Below are positions 15,727 through 26,326 of a stretch of DNA of 64,000 bases, one piece after another (position 1 is the stretch's first letter; each line of letters starts with the position of its first letter). This stretch comes from an uncultured Thermoplasmata archaeon (lineage in GTDB: Archaea > Thermoplasmatota > Thermoplasmata > JAGHBH01). The position numbers and the translations under genes were made by a program. A model generated the notes under the pieces. That model saw nothing but the letters and a program-made list of their open reading frames with translations. It searched no databases and had not been told where the DNA came from. The stretch covers positions 31,681-95,680 of the forward strand of contig CAZROC010000003.1 in NCBI GenBank assembly GCA_964601625.1, given 5' to 3'.

Positions 15727-17208
15727 ATGACCTGGAACGGACCCCTGAAAAAGATAGACAGGTACCGCTACGAGATACCGCCGGACTACCACGGAATGTC
15801 TGGCAACCTGAAAATGAGAGTCCCCGGTGTCATATACGCCGACGAGAAAATGCTCCAGCAGACCCTCCAGGACAACGCCCCGGAGCAGGTGGCCAACGTC
15901 GCCTCTCTTCCCGGTATCGTGGGCCGCTCAATGGCCATGCCGGACATACACTGGGGCTACGGTTTCCCCATAGGTGGCGTGGCAGCCACGGACGCCGAGG
16001 AAGGGGTGATTTCTCCGGGGGGCGTTGGATTTGACATAAACTGCGGCGTGAGACTTATACGCACAGACCTTGAGATAGAAGACGTGGAGCCAGTGATAAA
16101 AGAACTCGTTGACACCCTTTTCCTCAACGTCCCCTCCGGTGTCGGCTCAAGCGGACGTGTCCATGTGAGAAAAACGGATGTTGAAGAGGTACTGGACAGG
16201 GGGGCCAGGTGGGCAGTGGAACACGGCTACGGCTGGGAAAAAGACCTTGAACACCTGGAAGAGCGAGGGTGTCTTAAAGGGGCGGACAGCGAAAAGGTGA
16301 GCGACCGGGCCAAGACCCGGGGGATGCCCCAGCTGGGCAGCCTTGGCGCTGGCAACCATTTCCTTGAGGTCCAGGTGGTTGAAAAGATATTCTACCCCGA
16401 GGCAGCCAGGGCCATGGGCATAACCCACCCCGGACAGGTTGTTGTGATGGTGCACACGGGTTCCAGGGGCCTGGGCTACCAGGTGTGCAGCGACTACCTC
16501 AAAAAGATGGAAGAGGCGACGAGAAAATACGGCATAAAACTCCCGGACAGACAGCTCGCCTCTGCTCCGATGCACAGCAAAGAGGCCAGCGATTACTTTG
16601 CAGCGATGGCCGCCGCCGCTAACTACGCCTGGACAAACAGGCAGATGATAACCCACTGGGTCAGAGAGTCATTCAGAAAGATTTTCAGACAGGACCCTGA
16701 GAGCCTGGGGATGGAGATAGTCTATGACGTGGCACACAACATAGCCAAAATAGAGGAGCACGAGGTCAAAACAGACGGGGGCACCGAAAAGAGACGGCTG
16801 GTGGTCCACCGCAAAGGTGCCACGAGGGCTTTTGGTCCGGGACACCCGGCAATACCGCCCGAGTACAGGGAGTTCGGCCAGCCCGTCCTGATACCCGGTG
16901 ACATGGGGAGTGCGAGTTATCTCCTCGTGGGCACACAGAGGGCGATGGAAGAGACGTTTGGCTCCACGTGCCACGGCGCTGGGAGGGTGATGAGCCGGCA
17001 CAAGGCCACGTCACGCTTCAGAGGAGACCAGATAATAAGAGAACTGGCCCGCAGGAAGATTTACGTGAGAGCGGAGAGCAAGAGAGTGGTGGCAGAGGAA
17101 GCGCCACAGGCCTACAAAGACGTTGATGATGTGGTCAGGGTGGCGGATGGCGCCGGCATCTCACGTCTCGTCGCCAGATTCAGACCTCTCGGCGTCGTTA
17201 AAGGATGA
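15727..17208 (+). CDS. rtcB: RNA-splicing ligase RtcB
   Basis: Collinear with archaeal RtcB ([60 protein letters not shown]). Start at ATG 15727 behind GGAGG. No intein. Confidence 0.95.
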   Translation: MTWNGPLKKIDRYRYEIPPDYHGMSGNLKMRVPGVIYADEKMLQQTLQDNAPEQVANVASLPGIVGRSMAMPDIHWGYGFPIGGVAATDAEEGVISPGGVGFDINCGVRLIRTDLEIEDVEPVIKELVDTLFLNVPSGVGSSGRVHVRKTDVEEVLDRGARWAVEHGYGWEKDLEHLEERGCLKGADSEKVSDRAKTRGMPQLGSLGAGNHFLEVQVVEKIFYPEAARAMGITHPGQVVVMVHTGSRGLGYQVCSDYLKKMEEATRKYGIKLPDRQLASAPMHSKEASDYFAAMAAAANYAWTNRQMITHWVRESFRKIFRQDPESLGMEIVYDVAHNIAKIEEHEVKTDGGTEKRRLVVHRKGATRAFGPGHPAIPPEYREFGQPVLIPGDMGSASYLLVGTQRAMEETFGSTCHGAGRVMSRHKATSRFRGDQIIRELARRKIYVRAESKRVVAEEAPQAYKDVDDVVRVADGAGISRLVARFRPLGVVKG

Positions 17209-19326
17209 GTCGGGGCGAATATCGGAGACCTTTATCCTGGCGTCCACCACAGCGCAACCTTTTTCGCGGGCTATGACGGGGTTCAGATCCAGTTCCTCTA
17301 TCTCTTTAACGTTCCCGACCAGATAGGAGATTCTCAGAAGGACATTCCTCAGAGCGTTCACGTCCACCCCCTTTTCTCCCCTCGCACCCACCAGTATTGG
17401 ATAGCCCTTTATGCTTGTTATCATCTCATTGGCGTCTACTTCGCTGAGAGGATAGACCCCAAAAGAGACGTCTTTGAGAATCTCAACAAACACTCCGCCC
17501 AGTCCAAACATGAGGAGCGGGCCCATCGGATAACGCTTTGCCCCTATGATGACCTCTTTTCCGCTCTCCGCCATCTCCTGGACAAAAAAGCCCTCAACAG
17601 TGTAGCCCATTTCGGCATATCTTTTTTTCATCTCTTCCATTTTCCCCGCAACATCCTCCAGATCCTGGACGCCCAGGGCCACGCCCCCAACATCGCTTTT
17701 GTGAACAACACCCTCAGCAACCGCCTTTACGGCCACGGGAAAACGGATGCCACCGAGCAAGCCAGCAGGCGGGTCCGGGAGATCAGAGGGGATGAAACGC
17801 CACTCTGGCTGCGGAACGCGAAGAGCGTCCAGTACCTCTGCGACATCGACAGGGCCAAGCCACCCTCCGCCCTTCCCACGGACGCTGCTTTCCACGATCT
17901 CACGTATGCGCCCGAGGTTCACGTCATCAAAAACAGGCGGGGGGTTGAACACCTTCTCCCGGTACTTTGAGAAATCGTAGAGGGCTTTCATGGCTCTGGC
18001 AGCGCTCTCGGGGAACATGAAAGCCGGCACCCTCTCTCTAACCTTCATGGAATGTATAGCGTCAAAGATCTGCTTCCGACCCATGAAAACCCCGAGAATC
18101 GGCTTCTGCGTCTCTGTGCTCACATCCGCCACAACCCTGGCTATGACCAGCGGGTCCCTGTTGATGGGAGTCACATAGATGACTATTATCCCGTCCACCC
18201 CCGGGTCACGGGCCACAACCCGCAGAGCGACATCATAGCTCTCCTCTGTCGCGGAGGCTATCATGTCCACCGGGTTTCCCACAGAAGCCACATCTGGCAG
18301 TACCCTCCTCAACTCGTTTTTCGTCTCCTCGGAAAGCTCGGCCATCTCAAGCCCGTTGGCCGCTATGGCATCCGCCGTGAGAATACCCGGGCCGCCGCCG
18401 TTTGTGACAACAGCCATCCTCTTTCCCATAGGAGGCGGCTGGAAAGAAAAGGCTATGGCCATGTCAAACAGCTCTTCCACGCTGTAGGCGCGGATGATCC
18501 CTGTCTGCCTGAAAAGCGCCTCTGCGAACTCGTCGCTCCCGGCCAGAGCCCCCGTGTGAGAAGAAGCTGCCCTCGCCCCCGCCTGTGTCCTCCCGCTCTT
18601 AACGGCTATGACGGGCTTTTTCTTCACAGCCTTTCTAACCGCCGGAATGAACTCCGAGAGATCCCCGAACCCCTCCATATAGAGCAATATGACCTCTGTA
18701 TCAGGGTCGTCGCCCAGATAATCAACGATCTCAGCCACAGAGACATCGGCCCTGTTACCTATGCTCACAAACTTTGATATGCCCAGGTTGAGCTCGGAAA
18801 TGTACTCCAGAATCGCCACGCCGAGAGCCCCGCTCTGAGACACGAAGCCCATCTTTCCCCGCCTTATCTTCGTTGGAGCAAAGGTGGCGTTCATGCTCAC
18901 CCCGTCGCCCATGTTTATTACACCCATACAGTTCGGTCCCACGACCCGTATGCCATACTTTCTGGCTATATCAACAACCCTCCGCTCAAGCTCAAAACCC
19001 TCGCCCCCCACCTCTTTGAACCCGGCAGAGATTATCACAGCCACCTTAACACCCTTTTTCCCGCACTCCTCCATGACGCCGGGAACAAAACGCCGTGGCA
19101 CAACGATGATGGCCATGTCCACCTCGTCTGGCACGTCCAGAACGGAAGGATAGCACCGAATGCTGTGCACATACTCCGCCCTCGGGTTCACAGGATAAAC
19201 AACACCGCTGAACTCATACGACAAAAGGTTTCTCAGAAGAGTGTGACCTATGCTGTCCTTCTGCCTGGAAGCACCTATCACGGCTATTGAGCACGGCTTG
19301 AAAAGAGGCTCAAGGGGATGAGACAA
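17161..19326 (-). CDS. acd: ADP-forming acetyl-CoA synthetase (fused alpha-beta, acetate--CoA ligase [ADP-forming])
   Basis: N-terminal CoA-binding/succinyl-CoA-synthetase-like region (SIAVIGAS.., GPNCMG, SQSGALG) and a C-terminal ATP-grasp. 721 aa. Confidence 0.85.
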   Translation of the reverse strand: MSHPLEPLFKPCSIAVIGASRQKDSIGHTLLRNLLSYEFSGVVYPVNPRAEYVHSIRCYPSVLDVPDEVDMAIIVVPRRFVPGVMEECGKKGVKVAVIISAGFKEVGGEGFELERRVVDIARKYGIRVVGPNCMGVINMGDGVSMNATFAPTKIRRGKMGFVSQSGALGVAILEYISELNLGISKFVSIGNRADVSVAEIVDYLGDDPDTEVILLYMEGFGDLSEFIPAVRKAVKKKPVIAVKSGRTQAGARAASSHTGALAGSDEFAEALFRQTGIIRAYSVEELFDMAIAFSFQPPPMGKRMAVVTNGGGPGILTADAIAANGLEMAELSEETKNELRRVLPDVASVGNPVDMIASATEESYDVALRVVARDPGVDGIIVIYVTPINRDPLVIARVVADVSTETQKPILGVFMGRKQIFDAIHSMKVRERVPAFMFPESAARAMKALYDFSKYREKVFNPPPVFDDVNLGRIREIVESSVRGKGGGWLGPVDVAEVLDALRVPQPEWRFIPSDLPDPPAGLLGGIRFPVAVKAVAEGVVHKSDVGGVALGVQDLEDVAGKMEEMKKRYAEMGYTVEGFFVQEMAESGKEVIIGAKRYPMGPLLMFGLGGVFVEILKDVSFGVYPLSEVDANEMITSIKGYPILVGARGEKGVDVNALRNVLLRISYLVGNVKEIEELDLNPVIAREKGCAVVDARIKVSDIRPDSSFNDAERSESGDET

Positions 19327-19472
19327 CCTATCACTCTCCAGCCCTGAAATGTGCCGTCGGGATAAAATCTTTGTGGGATGTCAACCGTATTTCAGATTCC
19401 AATAAACGAAACCTCTATAACCCCCGCTTTTTATCCCTCCGATGTCCGCTGTTACAACAATAGGCGGAGAGG

Positions 19473-20804
19473 ATGCTGGTGGAGTTTGAAGATGTGAAAG
19501 GAATCGTTGAGAAAGAAGGTGTGAAGTTCATACACCTGGTGTTCATGGACATACTCGGGTTTCAGAAGACCGTTGTTATACCCTCAAAGCGGCTTGAGAG
19601 AGCGATCAATGACGGCGTGGTCTTTGACGGCTCCAGCATTGTGGGATATGCCACCGTGGACGAGTCGGACATGCGGTTGTTCCCCGACCTCAGCACTTTC
19701 AAAGTCCTCCCGTGGTACGATGAAGAGCACAAGACCGCACAGGTGATATGCAACATCTACTCTGATGGCGGAGAGCGCTTTTGCGGAGATCCCCGCTATG
19801 TTCTGGAGAAGATGATGAAAAAGGCGGAGGAGATGGGATATATCTTCCACACTGGCCCGGAGTATGAATATTTCCTTTTCAGAGAAGACGGCGTGGAGAC
19901 GGGAAACATAAAACTGGACGACATGGCGGGATACTTTGACCTTCTCCCCATGGACCGCGGGGCGATTGTGAGCAAAGAGGTCACCGAGAGCCTCACTAAG
20001 ATGGGCATAGAAGTGGAAACCGGACACCACGAGGTGGCGCCGAGCCAGCACGAAATAGACCTGAAGTACTCGGATGCCATGACGTCCGCTGACCGGGTGG
20101 CGCTCCTCAAATATGCCATAAAAACGATTGCGAAAAAGCACGGTCTCCACGCCACGTTCATGCCAAAACCCCTGAACGGGGTGAACGGGAGCGGCATGCA
20201 CGTACACCAGAGCCTCATCACCCCTGGTGGAAAGAACGCCTTCTACGACCCTGACTCGGAAAACGGTATAAGCAAGGTTGCGTTCCATTTCCTGGCCGGT
20301 CTCCTCCTGCATGCGAGAGAGATATGCGCCGTGCTGGCATCGTGGCCAAACTCCTACAAACGCCTGATACCCGGGTTTGAAGCACCCGTCTATGTGTCGT
20401 GGGCGTACAAGAACCGGAGCGCACTCATCAGGGTGCCGTCTGGCAGGGGGATGAGCACACGGCTTGAGCTCAGGTGTCCAGACAGCGCTGGAAACCCCTA
20501 TCTCCAGTTCGCCGTTATGCTGGCGTCGGGGCTTGACGGAATAAAAAGGGGGCTTGAACCGCCGCCGCCCGTGGAAAAGGACATTTTCAAAATGACAGAA
20601 AAAGAGAGGGAGGAGATGGGCATTGAGAGCCTTCCCCAGAACCTGGGCCACGCACTGAGCATCATGGAAGAGAGCGAGCTCGTCAGAGACACTCTGGGAG
20701 AACACGTTTTCAACCACTTCATACACAACAAAAGGGCGGAGTGGGACCTCTACCGTACGCAGGTGTCTGAGTGGGAGGTGCGGAGGTACATAAACCTGCT
20801 TTGA
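19473..20804 (+). CDS. glnA: Glutamine synthetase type I
   Basis: Full-length GS-I pattern (HHEVAPSQHEID, FMPKPLNGVNGSGMHVHQSL, NSYKRLIPGFEAP, NRSALIRVP). Confidence 0.95.
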   Translation: MLVEFEDVKGIVEKEGVKFIHLVFMDILGFQKTVVIPSKRLERAINDGVVFDGSSIVGYATVDESDMRLFPDLSTFKVLPWYDEEHKTAQVICNIYSDGGERFCGDPRYVLEKMMKKAEEMGYIFHTGPEYEYFLFREDGVETGNIKLDDMAGYFDLLPMDRGAIVSKEVTESLTKMGIEVETGHHEVAPSQHEIDLKYSDAMTSADRVALLKYAIKTIAKKHGLHATFMPKPLNGVNGSGMHVHQSLITPGGKNAFYDPDSENGISKVAFHFLAGLLLHAREICAVLASWPNSYKRLIPGFEAPVYVSWAYKNRSALIRVPSGRGMSTRLELRCPDSAGNPYLQFAVMLASGLDGIKRGLEPPPPVEKDIFKMTEKEREEMGIESLPQNLGHALSIMEESELVRDTLGEHVFNHFIHNKRAEWDLYRTQVSEWEVRRYINLL

Positions 20805-20845
20805 TTTCTCAGAGACCGCATCAACTGTTCGGATGAAGTCATAAG

Positions 20846-22306
20846 TCATACATCAAAATAGTGGTATATCTCCCAGGGGCTCACGTACCCGAGGTTGCGC
20901 TCCCACTCTTTTCTTTTGTACTCCAGCAGAACGTCCAGCGCGTCTCCAAGTATCCCGCGGAGGAAGTCGCTGTTTTCCGCTTCTTCTATCGCCTCTCCAA
21001 GGGTGGCGGGCAGCTCTTTTATCCCTCGCTCCCGGATTTCTCTCCTGGACAGGTTGTCAACGTTTTCTTCCACCGGGTCGCCGCAGTCAATCTTTTTCCT
21101 GATCCCACACATGCCGGCTTCTATTATAACAGCCCCTAGGAGATACGGGTTTGCGCTGGGGTCCCCGCTTCTGATCTCAACGTCAAGGTGGCTGTTTTTC
21201 ACGGGGGGGATGCGTATCATGCTTGAGCGGTTCGCATATGCCCAGACGGCGTATCTGGGCGCCTCAAAACCGGGGACAAGCCGGCGATAGCTGTTCACCG
21301 TCGGATTTGTCACCAGCGCCATCTCCCTGGCCTTTTCCAGTACACCGCCAATGAAATATCTCCCGGTCTGGCTCAGGCCACCTGTCTCGGGGTCAAAAAA
21401 TACACACCCCGCCGGCTCATCCGACATCTCTTTTCCGCCATCCCCCTCTGAGCGCTCAAATTCCACGTGTATGTGGAGGCCACTGCCCGCGTCAGCTGTC
21501 AGGGGCTTGGGCATGAAAGACGCCACGAACCCGTGAGAGGGGGCTACCATTCGGGCGAGTGCCTTGGAAGTGGAGATGCTGTCTCCGATGGAAACAACGC
21601 TTGGGAGTGGGGAGATTTCCACCTCAACCTGTCTGGAACCGACCTCGTGGTGGTGGTATTTGACGGGCACGCCTACCTTTTTTATCTTCTCCACAAACTC
21701 GTTTCTGTATGCCACGGTTGCGTCCTTACTCTCTGATATGAAATAGCTGGAGCCGGGCCTCGGAGGATATGCGGACATGTTGTACTCGGCCAGCAGCTCT
21801 GGAAGGAGAACAGTTGTTCCGACGCCACGTTTGACTTCTCTGTGCCAGAGGTCGTTTTCCAGCATCGCTTCCGACGGGGAGTGGAAGAGGTAGAACTCAA
21901 GCTCCGCAACGGCTTTCATGGAAGAAAATCCCATCTCCGCAATGTGAGAGTCGGTCTTTCTGGCCACCTCGCGGGAATCCACACTCGCCATTTCCCCGTC
22001 CCTGTTCCTCACCCACGCGTAGACGTCGGCGGAGCGTGTCCCGTTCATGGTCCAGGGATAAACTATGAGAGAGGAGGGGTCAGGGACCAGGAACATGTCT
22101 GAGCTGGATACACTGGCCATGTTCACGGACGACGCGTCAAAGGTTATGGGCCTGTCCCACTCCCCGGGATCATAGTATTTTTCGGCGGGCAAAAAAACGC
22201 CCCTCAGGCGTCCCACGATGTCTGTGAAGCGCACCTGCAACCATTTCACACCCTCTTTTTTAAGAATATCAGAAGCCATCTCTCTGGTTTTTGTGCTGTC
22301 GCTCAT
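20846..22306 (-). CDS. Glutamine synthetase-family paralog (substrate unknown; possibly a gamma-glutamyl-amine ligase)
   Basis: GS beta-grasp plus catalytic domain (HHHEVGSRQVEVE, FMPKPL..GSGLHIHV, NSYRRLVPGFEAP, NRSSMIRIP), with an insertion of about 25 aa after HIHVEF. ATG 22306 is preferred over GTG 22318. Confidence 0.75.
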   Translation of the reverse strand: MSDSTKTREMASDILKKEGVKWLQVRFTDIVGRLRGVFLPAEKYYDPGEWDRPITFDASSVNMASVSSSDMFLVPDPSSLIVYPWTMNGTRSADVYAWVRNRDGEMASVDSREVARKTDSHIAEMGFSSMKAVAELEFYLFHSPSEAMLENDLWHREVKRGVGTTVLLPELLAEYNMSAYPPRPGSSYFISESKDATVAYRNEFVEKIKKVGVPVKYHHHEVGSRQVEVEISPLPSVVSIGDSISTSKALARMVAPSHGFVASFMPKPLTADAGSGLHIHVEFERSEGDGGKEMSDEPAGCVFFDPETGGLSQTGRYFIGGVLEKAREMALVTNPTVNSYRRLVPGFEAPRYAVWAYANRSSMIRIPPVKNSHLDVEIRSGDPSANPYLLGAVIIEAGMCGIRKKIDCGDPVEENVDNLSRREIRERGIKELPATLGEAIEEAENSDFLRGILGDALDVLLEYKRKEWERNLGYVSPWEIYHYFDV

Positions 22307-22360
22307 ATTCTCACACACCCGGGGGAAAAAGGTAGAAGTGTTCTGTGCTTAAATATCTTT

Positions 22361-23149
22361 TCAGAGAGAACCGTTTTTGGTTTTCCTTTCGCCGGCGAGT
22401 TCGCCAGCCAGGTCTCTAAGCCGTGCACATATGTAATCCAGAACCTCTGCCAGGGTTTTTTCGTTGTCGTAGCCCTTTATTACTTCCCTGGCCGTGTCTG
22501 GGCCCATCCCGGCTGCGAAGCGCTCTATGTTTTCCAGTGCCCGGGAGACCTCGTCAACGATTGAGACACTGGCTGACATGGACGTGCGGCTCAGGGGGTT
22601 CAGGTCCACCACGACCACCGTCTTTCCCATCTCCCGCAGCGCCTGGCACCGGTCCCCGTCTTCCAGCGGGACGAGAATCACATCCGCCGTCCCGACACCC
22701 TCTTTTGTACAGAGTGCCCGGGCATGGTCCAGGCCGGGTATGCGGAAGTCCGGCTCAAGTCCCAGCACGTTTTCCACACCTTTTTCTCTCAAAACCTCCG
22801 CCACCTTTTTCACCCTCTCAGGTGTGCGGTAGAACAGGTTAACCTCTACCTTTGCTCCTGTGGTTCCGGCGAGGGAGGCAACTTTTTCTCCAGCCAGAAC
22901 AGCGGTGTTGCCGTTGACACTTATGACCGGGTTTTTCGCTGTGATCAGAAAGGCTGCGGCTGCTTTTTCCGCCCTCTCGGCAGGTGGAGTGGTCTTCTCT
23001 CCGAGAAGATAATCAAACGCCTCTCCTCTGCCATGCGCTATCAGGCCCGCCGGTGCCAGCACGCCCCCCTCGTAGGCTTCCACCAGCAGGTGGCGGGTTT
23101 TCAAGCTCCTGTACCTGGGATGTGTTGGGGGTATTTCGCTGTGGCACAT
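22361..23149 (-). CDS. Archaeal phosphopantothenate synthetase (4-phosphopantoate--beta-alanine ligase, COG1701-type)
   Basis: N-terminal IPPTHPRYRSL..R and GLIAHGRGEAFDYLLGE signatures, as I recall for this family. Confidence 0.7.
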   Translation of the reverse strand: MCHSEIPPTHPRYRSLKTRHLLVEAYEGGVLAPAGLIAHGRGEAFDYLLGEKTTPPAERAEKAAAAFLITAKNPVISVNGNTAVLAGEKVASLAGTTGAKVEVNLFYRTPERVKKVAEVLREKGVENVLGLEPDFRIPGLDHARALCTKEGVGTADVILVPLEDGDRCQALREMGKTVVVVDLNPLSRTSMSASVSIVDEVSRALENIERFAAGMGPDTAREVIKGYDNEKTLAEVLDYICARLRDLAGELAGERKTKNGSL

Positions 23150-23341
23150 CTTTCATCCATCCACGTTTTCATTCCATCCACGCCGTCTTCTCCTGGGCAA
23201 AAGGGGTTGTTTTGTAAAACCTTTTCGTGCTCTGTGAAGATCTCGTCATCATAAGGCCTCCCGGGGCGTGTGGACACACCCCACGGCCGGAATAAAGGCG
23301 GAAGTATTTTTATCCAGAAACCCATACACCCCCACGATAAC

Positions 23342-24508
23342 ATGGTATCCGGAGGGAAAAAGGTACTCAAAAACCCGGAGGCGCTGGACTACGATTTCGT
23401 GCCCCCACAGTTGCCTCACAGGGATAAGCAGATTGAGCATCTCCATAGAATGTTCAGAACCGTGCTGGATGGGAGGCGCCAGACGGTTTTGCTCGTTGGT
23501 AGCGTGGGGACTGGAAAAACAGCGGTCGCCAAAAAGTTCGCAGACGAGTTCCAGAAAAAAGCGTTTGAGATGGGGAAAAGGGTTGACCCCGTTTACATAA
23601 ACTGTCGGAGGAGGAACACTGACAAAAGCGTTCTACTCCAGATACTCCGCCACTTCCAGCCCATGTTCCCGGACAGGGGTTTCTCAAACACCGAGATGCT
23701 GGACTCAATAGGGGGTCTCATAAAAAAACACGGCACCCATCTCATAGTGGTGTTGGACGAAGCAGACGTCCTGTTGAAAAAGGGAACAGACCTCATCTAT
23801 TTGCTCACCCGCTTTGACGAGGAAACGGGTTCAACAAAAAAATCGGTGTCTCTGATCCTCATCTCCCAGTACGATGTGAGAAAATACATGGACCCCGCCA
23901 GCGCTTCCACTTTCGGGAGAACGAACACCATAACATTTGACAGGTACACGGCAGAAGAACTCGCCGACATAGTTCGCCAGAGAGTTGAAATGGCCTTCAT
24001 CCCCGGAACAGTAGGCGAAGATGTCATATCCCTCATAGCGGACATAGCCAGCGAATGGGGAGACGCAAGATACGCTATTGAACTCCTGTTCAAAGCCGGA
24101 CTCCTGGCAGAAGACGAGGGCACGGGGGAGGTGACGGCGGAACACGTGAGGGCTGCAAAGGCGGAGACACACAGCGTTGTCACAGAATCAAAACTAATAG
24201 ACCTGGCCCTCCACAAAAAACTGGTACTGATCGCCGCGGCGAGGGTCCTCAGAAAAAAGACCTATGCCACCACGGGCGAAATTGAGGAAATATACCGTGT
24301 GGTCTGCGAAGAATACGGAGAGGAGGCGAGAAAGCACACACAGTTCTGGAAATACCTCAAAGACCTGGAGGCGGAGGGCCTCCTGGACACAAAGGTGTCC
24401 TATGGCAAAGACGGGACCACGACCCATGTCAGCCTGCACGACGTGCCGGCGGCAGCCCTGCTTGATGTGCTGGAAAAGATGATATCCCAGACGCTGAGGC
24501 GCAGATAA
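23342..24508 (+). CDS. cdc6: Orc1/Cdc6 replication initiator
   Basis: AAA+ Walker A (GSVGTGKT), Walker B (VVLDEAD) and a C-terminal winged helix. Start at ATG 23342, with TATA-like GTATTTTTATCC about 32 nt upstream. Confidence 0.9.
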   Translation: MVSGGKKVLKNPEALDYDFVPPQLPHRDKQIEHLHRMFRTVLDGRRQTVLLVGSVGTGKTAVAKKFADEFQKKAFEMGKRVDPVYINCRRRNTDKSVLLQILRHFQPMFPDRGFSNTEMLDSIGGLIKKHGTHLIVVLDEADVLLKKGTDLIYLLTRFDEETGSTKKSVSLILISQYDVRKYMDPASASTFGRTNTITFDRYTAEELADIVRQRVEMAFIPGTVGEDVISLIADIASEWGDARYAIELLFKAGLLAEDEGTGEVTAEHVRAAKAETHSVVTESKLIDLALHKKLVLIAAARVLRKKTYATTGEIEEIYRVVCEEYGEEARKHTQFWKYLKDLEAEGLLDTKVSYGKDGTTTHVSLHDVPAAALLDVLEKMISQTLRRR

Positions 24509-24624
24509 CACAAACATGGTCTAAATAGGAAATGAAAGGGAGCGTGTGGACATGGACAAAGAAACGGTGGAAAGAGCCCTTGGCACCATAGGATTCTTGC
24601 TCATTGTTCTGGCCATGCTCTACG

Positions 24625-25248
24625 CTATGTTTGTTTAGGTGCCTCCGGGGGCAAAACGTCTGGAGGGGGCGGCGTCCCATAGGTGTTCCAGTGAGCCCTT
24701 GCGGGGTCAAACTCCTCCGGAGTGTGAGGCGTTTTCTCTTTCGCTGGAAAACCAACGGAAATAAGGCACAGAACGCCCATGTCCTCCGGGATGCCCAGGA
24801 GATTTCTCACATATTCCTCCGGATCACCGCCATCTTCTCTCTCTGCGCCCTGGATCGCCACCCACACGGCGCCCAGCCCCTGGTTGACCGCCTCCAGCAA
24901 GATGTTCTCGGTGGCAGCGGCTGAGTCAACCAGCCAGTACTCTGTGGTCTTTTTGCACATGACAACGATACACAGGGATGCTTTGCGAATCATCAAACTC
25001 CACTTCGTGGCCGATGCCAGCTTTTCCAGTTTCTCCCTTTTGGTCACAACCAGAAACTCCGTCAAGCGCCTGTTGCAAGCGGTTGGAGCATAAAAACCCG
25101 CCTCCAGAAGAGATGTTATCTTCTCCGGCGGCACGGGGAGATTGCCGGGCACGTATTTCCTGATGCTCCTCCTCTTCTTTATAGCTTCCAGCACCATTTT
25201 TTTCACCTCATTCTGTTCTTTTCCATGTCCCTCTGTAGCCATGTCCAT
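24625..25248 (-). CDS. Nitroreductase-family protein
   Basis: Motifs KKRRSIRKY and TACN.. with a nitroreductase-like length. Alternative start at ATG 25197. Confidence 0.75.
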   Translation of the reverse strand: MDMATEGHGKEQNEVKKMVLEAIKKRRSIRKYVPGNLPVPPEKITSLLEAGFYAPTACNRRLTEFLVVTKREKLEKLASATKWSLMIRKASLCIVVMCKKTTEYWLVDSAAATENILLEAVNQGLGAVWVAIQGAEREDGGDPEEYVRNLLGIPEDMGVLCLISVGFPAKEKTPHTPEEFDPARAHWNTYGTPPPPDVLPPEAPKQT

Positions 25249-25270
25249 GTAACAGCGATATATCCATTAC

Positions 25271-25278
25271 TTTTATAT
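25271..25278 (+). promoter_or_regulatory. TATA-like box for sepF
   Basis: TTTTATAT lies about 30 nt upstream of ATG 25305. Confidence 0.4.
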
Positions 25279-25304
25279 GCACATTGTGTTATATGGGTGT
25301 GGGG

Positions 25305-25688
25305 ATGAAAATGGCAGGCATCCTGAAAAAACCTTTCATAAGAAAACAGCAGGAAGCGGTTGTGGAAGCGGACAGATACATAGACCTCGGCGAACTGACC
25401 TTTGAAGGAGAGGGAGAAGAGGGAGAATACACGATGGTCAAGGTGGCAGAAATCTACCGCTACGAAGACGTCCCCAAACTCCTCAACGAGGTCTACGATG
25501 GAAACGTTCTCATAATTGACTACTCCCCCATATCAAACGACCAGGTAGCCCTCAAAAAAGTGGTTGAAGAACTCAAAATGGTCGCCCGCGACACGGGCGG
25601 CGACGTGGCGGGCATAGGCAAAAACCTGCTCATGATCGTCCCATACGGGATGAAAATCTCACGCCAGAAGATAAAGGGGACCTTTTAA
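25305..25688 (+). CDS. sepF: SepF-like cell-division protein (DUF552)
   Basis: C-terminal SepF core (VKVAEIYRYEDVPKLLNEVYDGNVLIIDYSPI...GDVAGIGKNLLMIVP). The track start TTG 25284 is less likely than ATG 25305. Confidence 0.7.
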   Translation: MKMAGILKKPFIRKQQEAVVEADRYIDLGELTFEGEGEEGEYTMVKVAEIYRYEDVPKLLNEVYDGNVLIIDYSPISNDQVALKKVVEELKMVARDTGGDVAGIGKNLLMIVPYGMKISRQKIKGTF

Positions 25689-25816
25689 ATCCCGCTCTCT
25701 TCCCACATCCTGGCCGCTGTTCTTTTATCCGGCGTCCTGGCCTGGCCCCCAGAGAACTGAAAGGTTTTTATCCCACCCCATTATCATTATACAAACAGCG
25801 CACAGTCAGCGTGTGT

Positions 25817-25894
25817 GGACGCGTTGCCTAGCATGGATATGGCGCCAGCCTTCTAAGCTGGAGGTCGGGGGTTCGAATCCCCCCGCGTCCGCCA
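25817..25894 (+). tRNA. tRNA-Arg (anticodon TCT), CCA encoded
   Basis: Acceptor GGACGCG/CGCGTCC, anticodon arm CCAGC-CTTCTAA-GCTGG, T-arm GGGGG-TTCGAAT-CCCCC, G + CCA. Confidence 0.9.
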
Positions 25895-25915
25895 AACAGC
25901 AGCGCCGGTGAGAAA

Positions 25916-26290
25916 TTGAGGAAGAACAAACTTGAGAAGGGAGAGATAGAGGAACTTTCGTTTACCGGATTCGTGTGGGCCCGGGGAGGGAAACTGCTGA
26001 TAAACGGCTCATGGACGCGTTTTACATTCACGGACCGCCGTATGATACTCCAGGACGCAATTTTTCCTTTCTTAAAAGTGTCCATTCCGTGGGAAGACAT
26101 AAAATATGTCAACATGGAAAAGAGAGGGAAAAAGAAGGTCCTGGTATTAGGCCTTCTGTATCCCTTTGCGAAAAATAAGATTCCTGTAACGCTCAGGATA
26201 TCCCTCAATAAGCTTGAGACCCCAAAACTTGGGCGGCTCTTTCTGGTGCTTGAAAAATACACGGGCAAAAAACTGGAAAACTTAAAATAA
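25916..26290 (+). CDS. Hypothetical protein, bacterial-PH-domain-like
   Basis: 124-aa ORF with a TTG start. A beta-rich pattern (FTFTDRRMILQD...IPWEDIKYV) is reminiscent of bPH/GRAM-like domains. Weak call. Confidence 0.35.
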   Translation: MRKNKLEKGEIEELSFTGFVWARGGKLLINGSWTRFTFTDRRMILQDAIFPFLKVSIPWEDIKYVNMEKRGKKKVLVLGLLYPFAKNKIPVTLRISLNKLETPKLGRLFLVLEKYTGKKLENLK

Positions 26291-26326
26291 GAGAGGCTTT
26301 TATGTGCCCCGAGACGAGGAGTTCCG

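Noticed and set aside
19584-20849. 421-aa minus-strand ORF
   Set aside because: It is completely antisense to a full-length, motif-perfect glnA.
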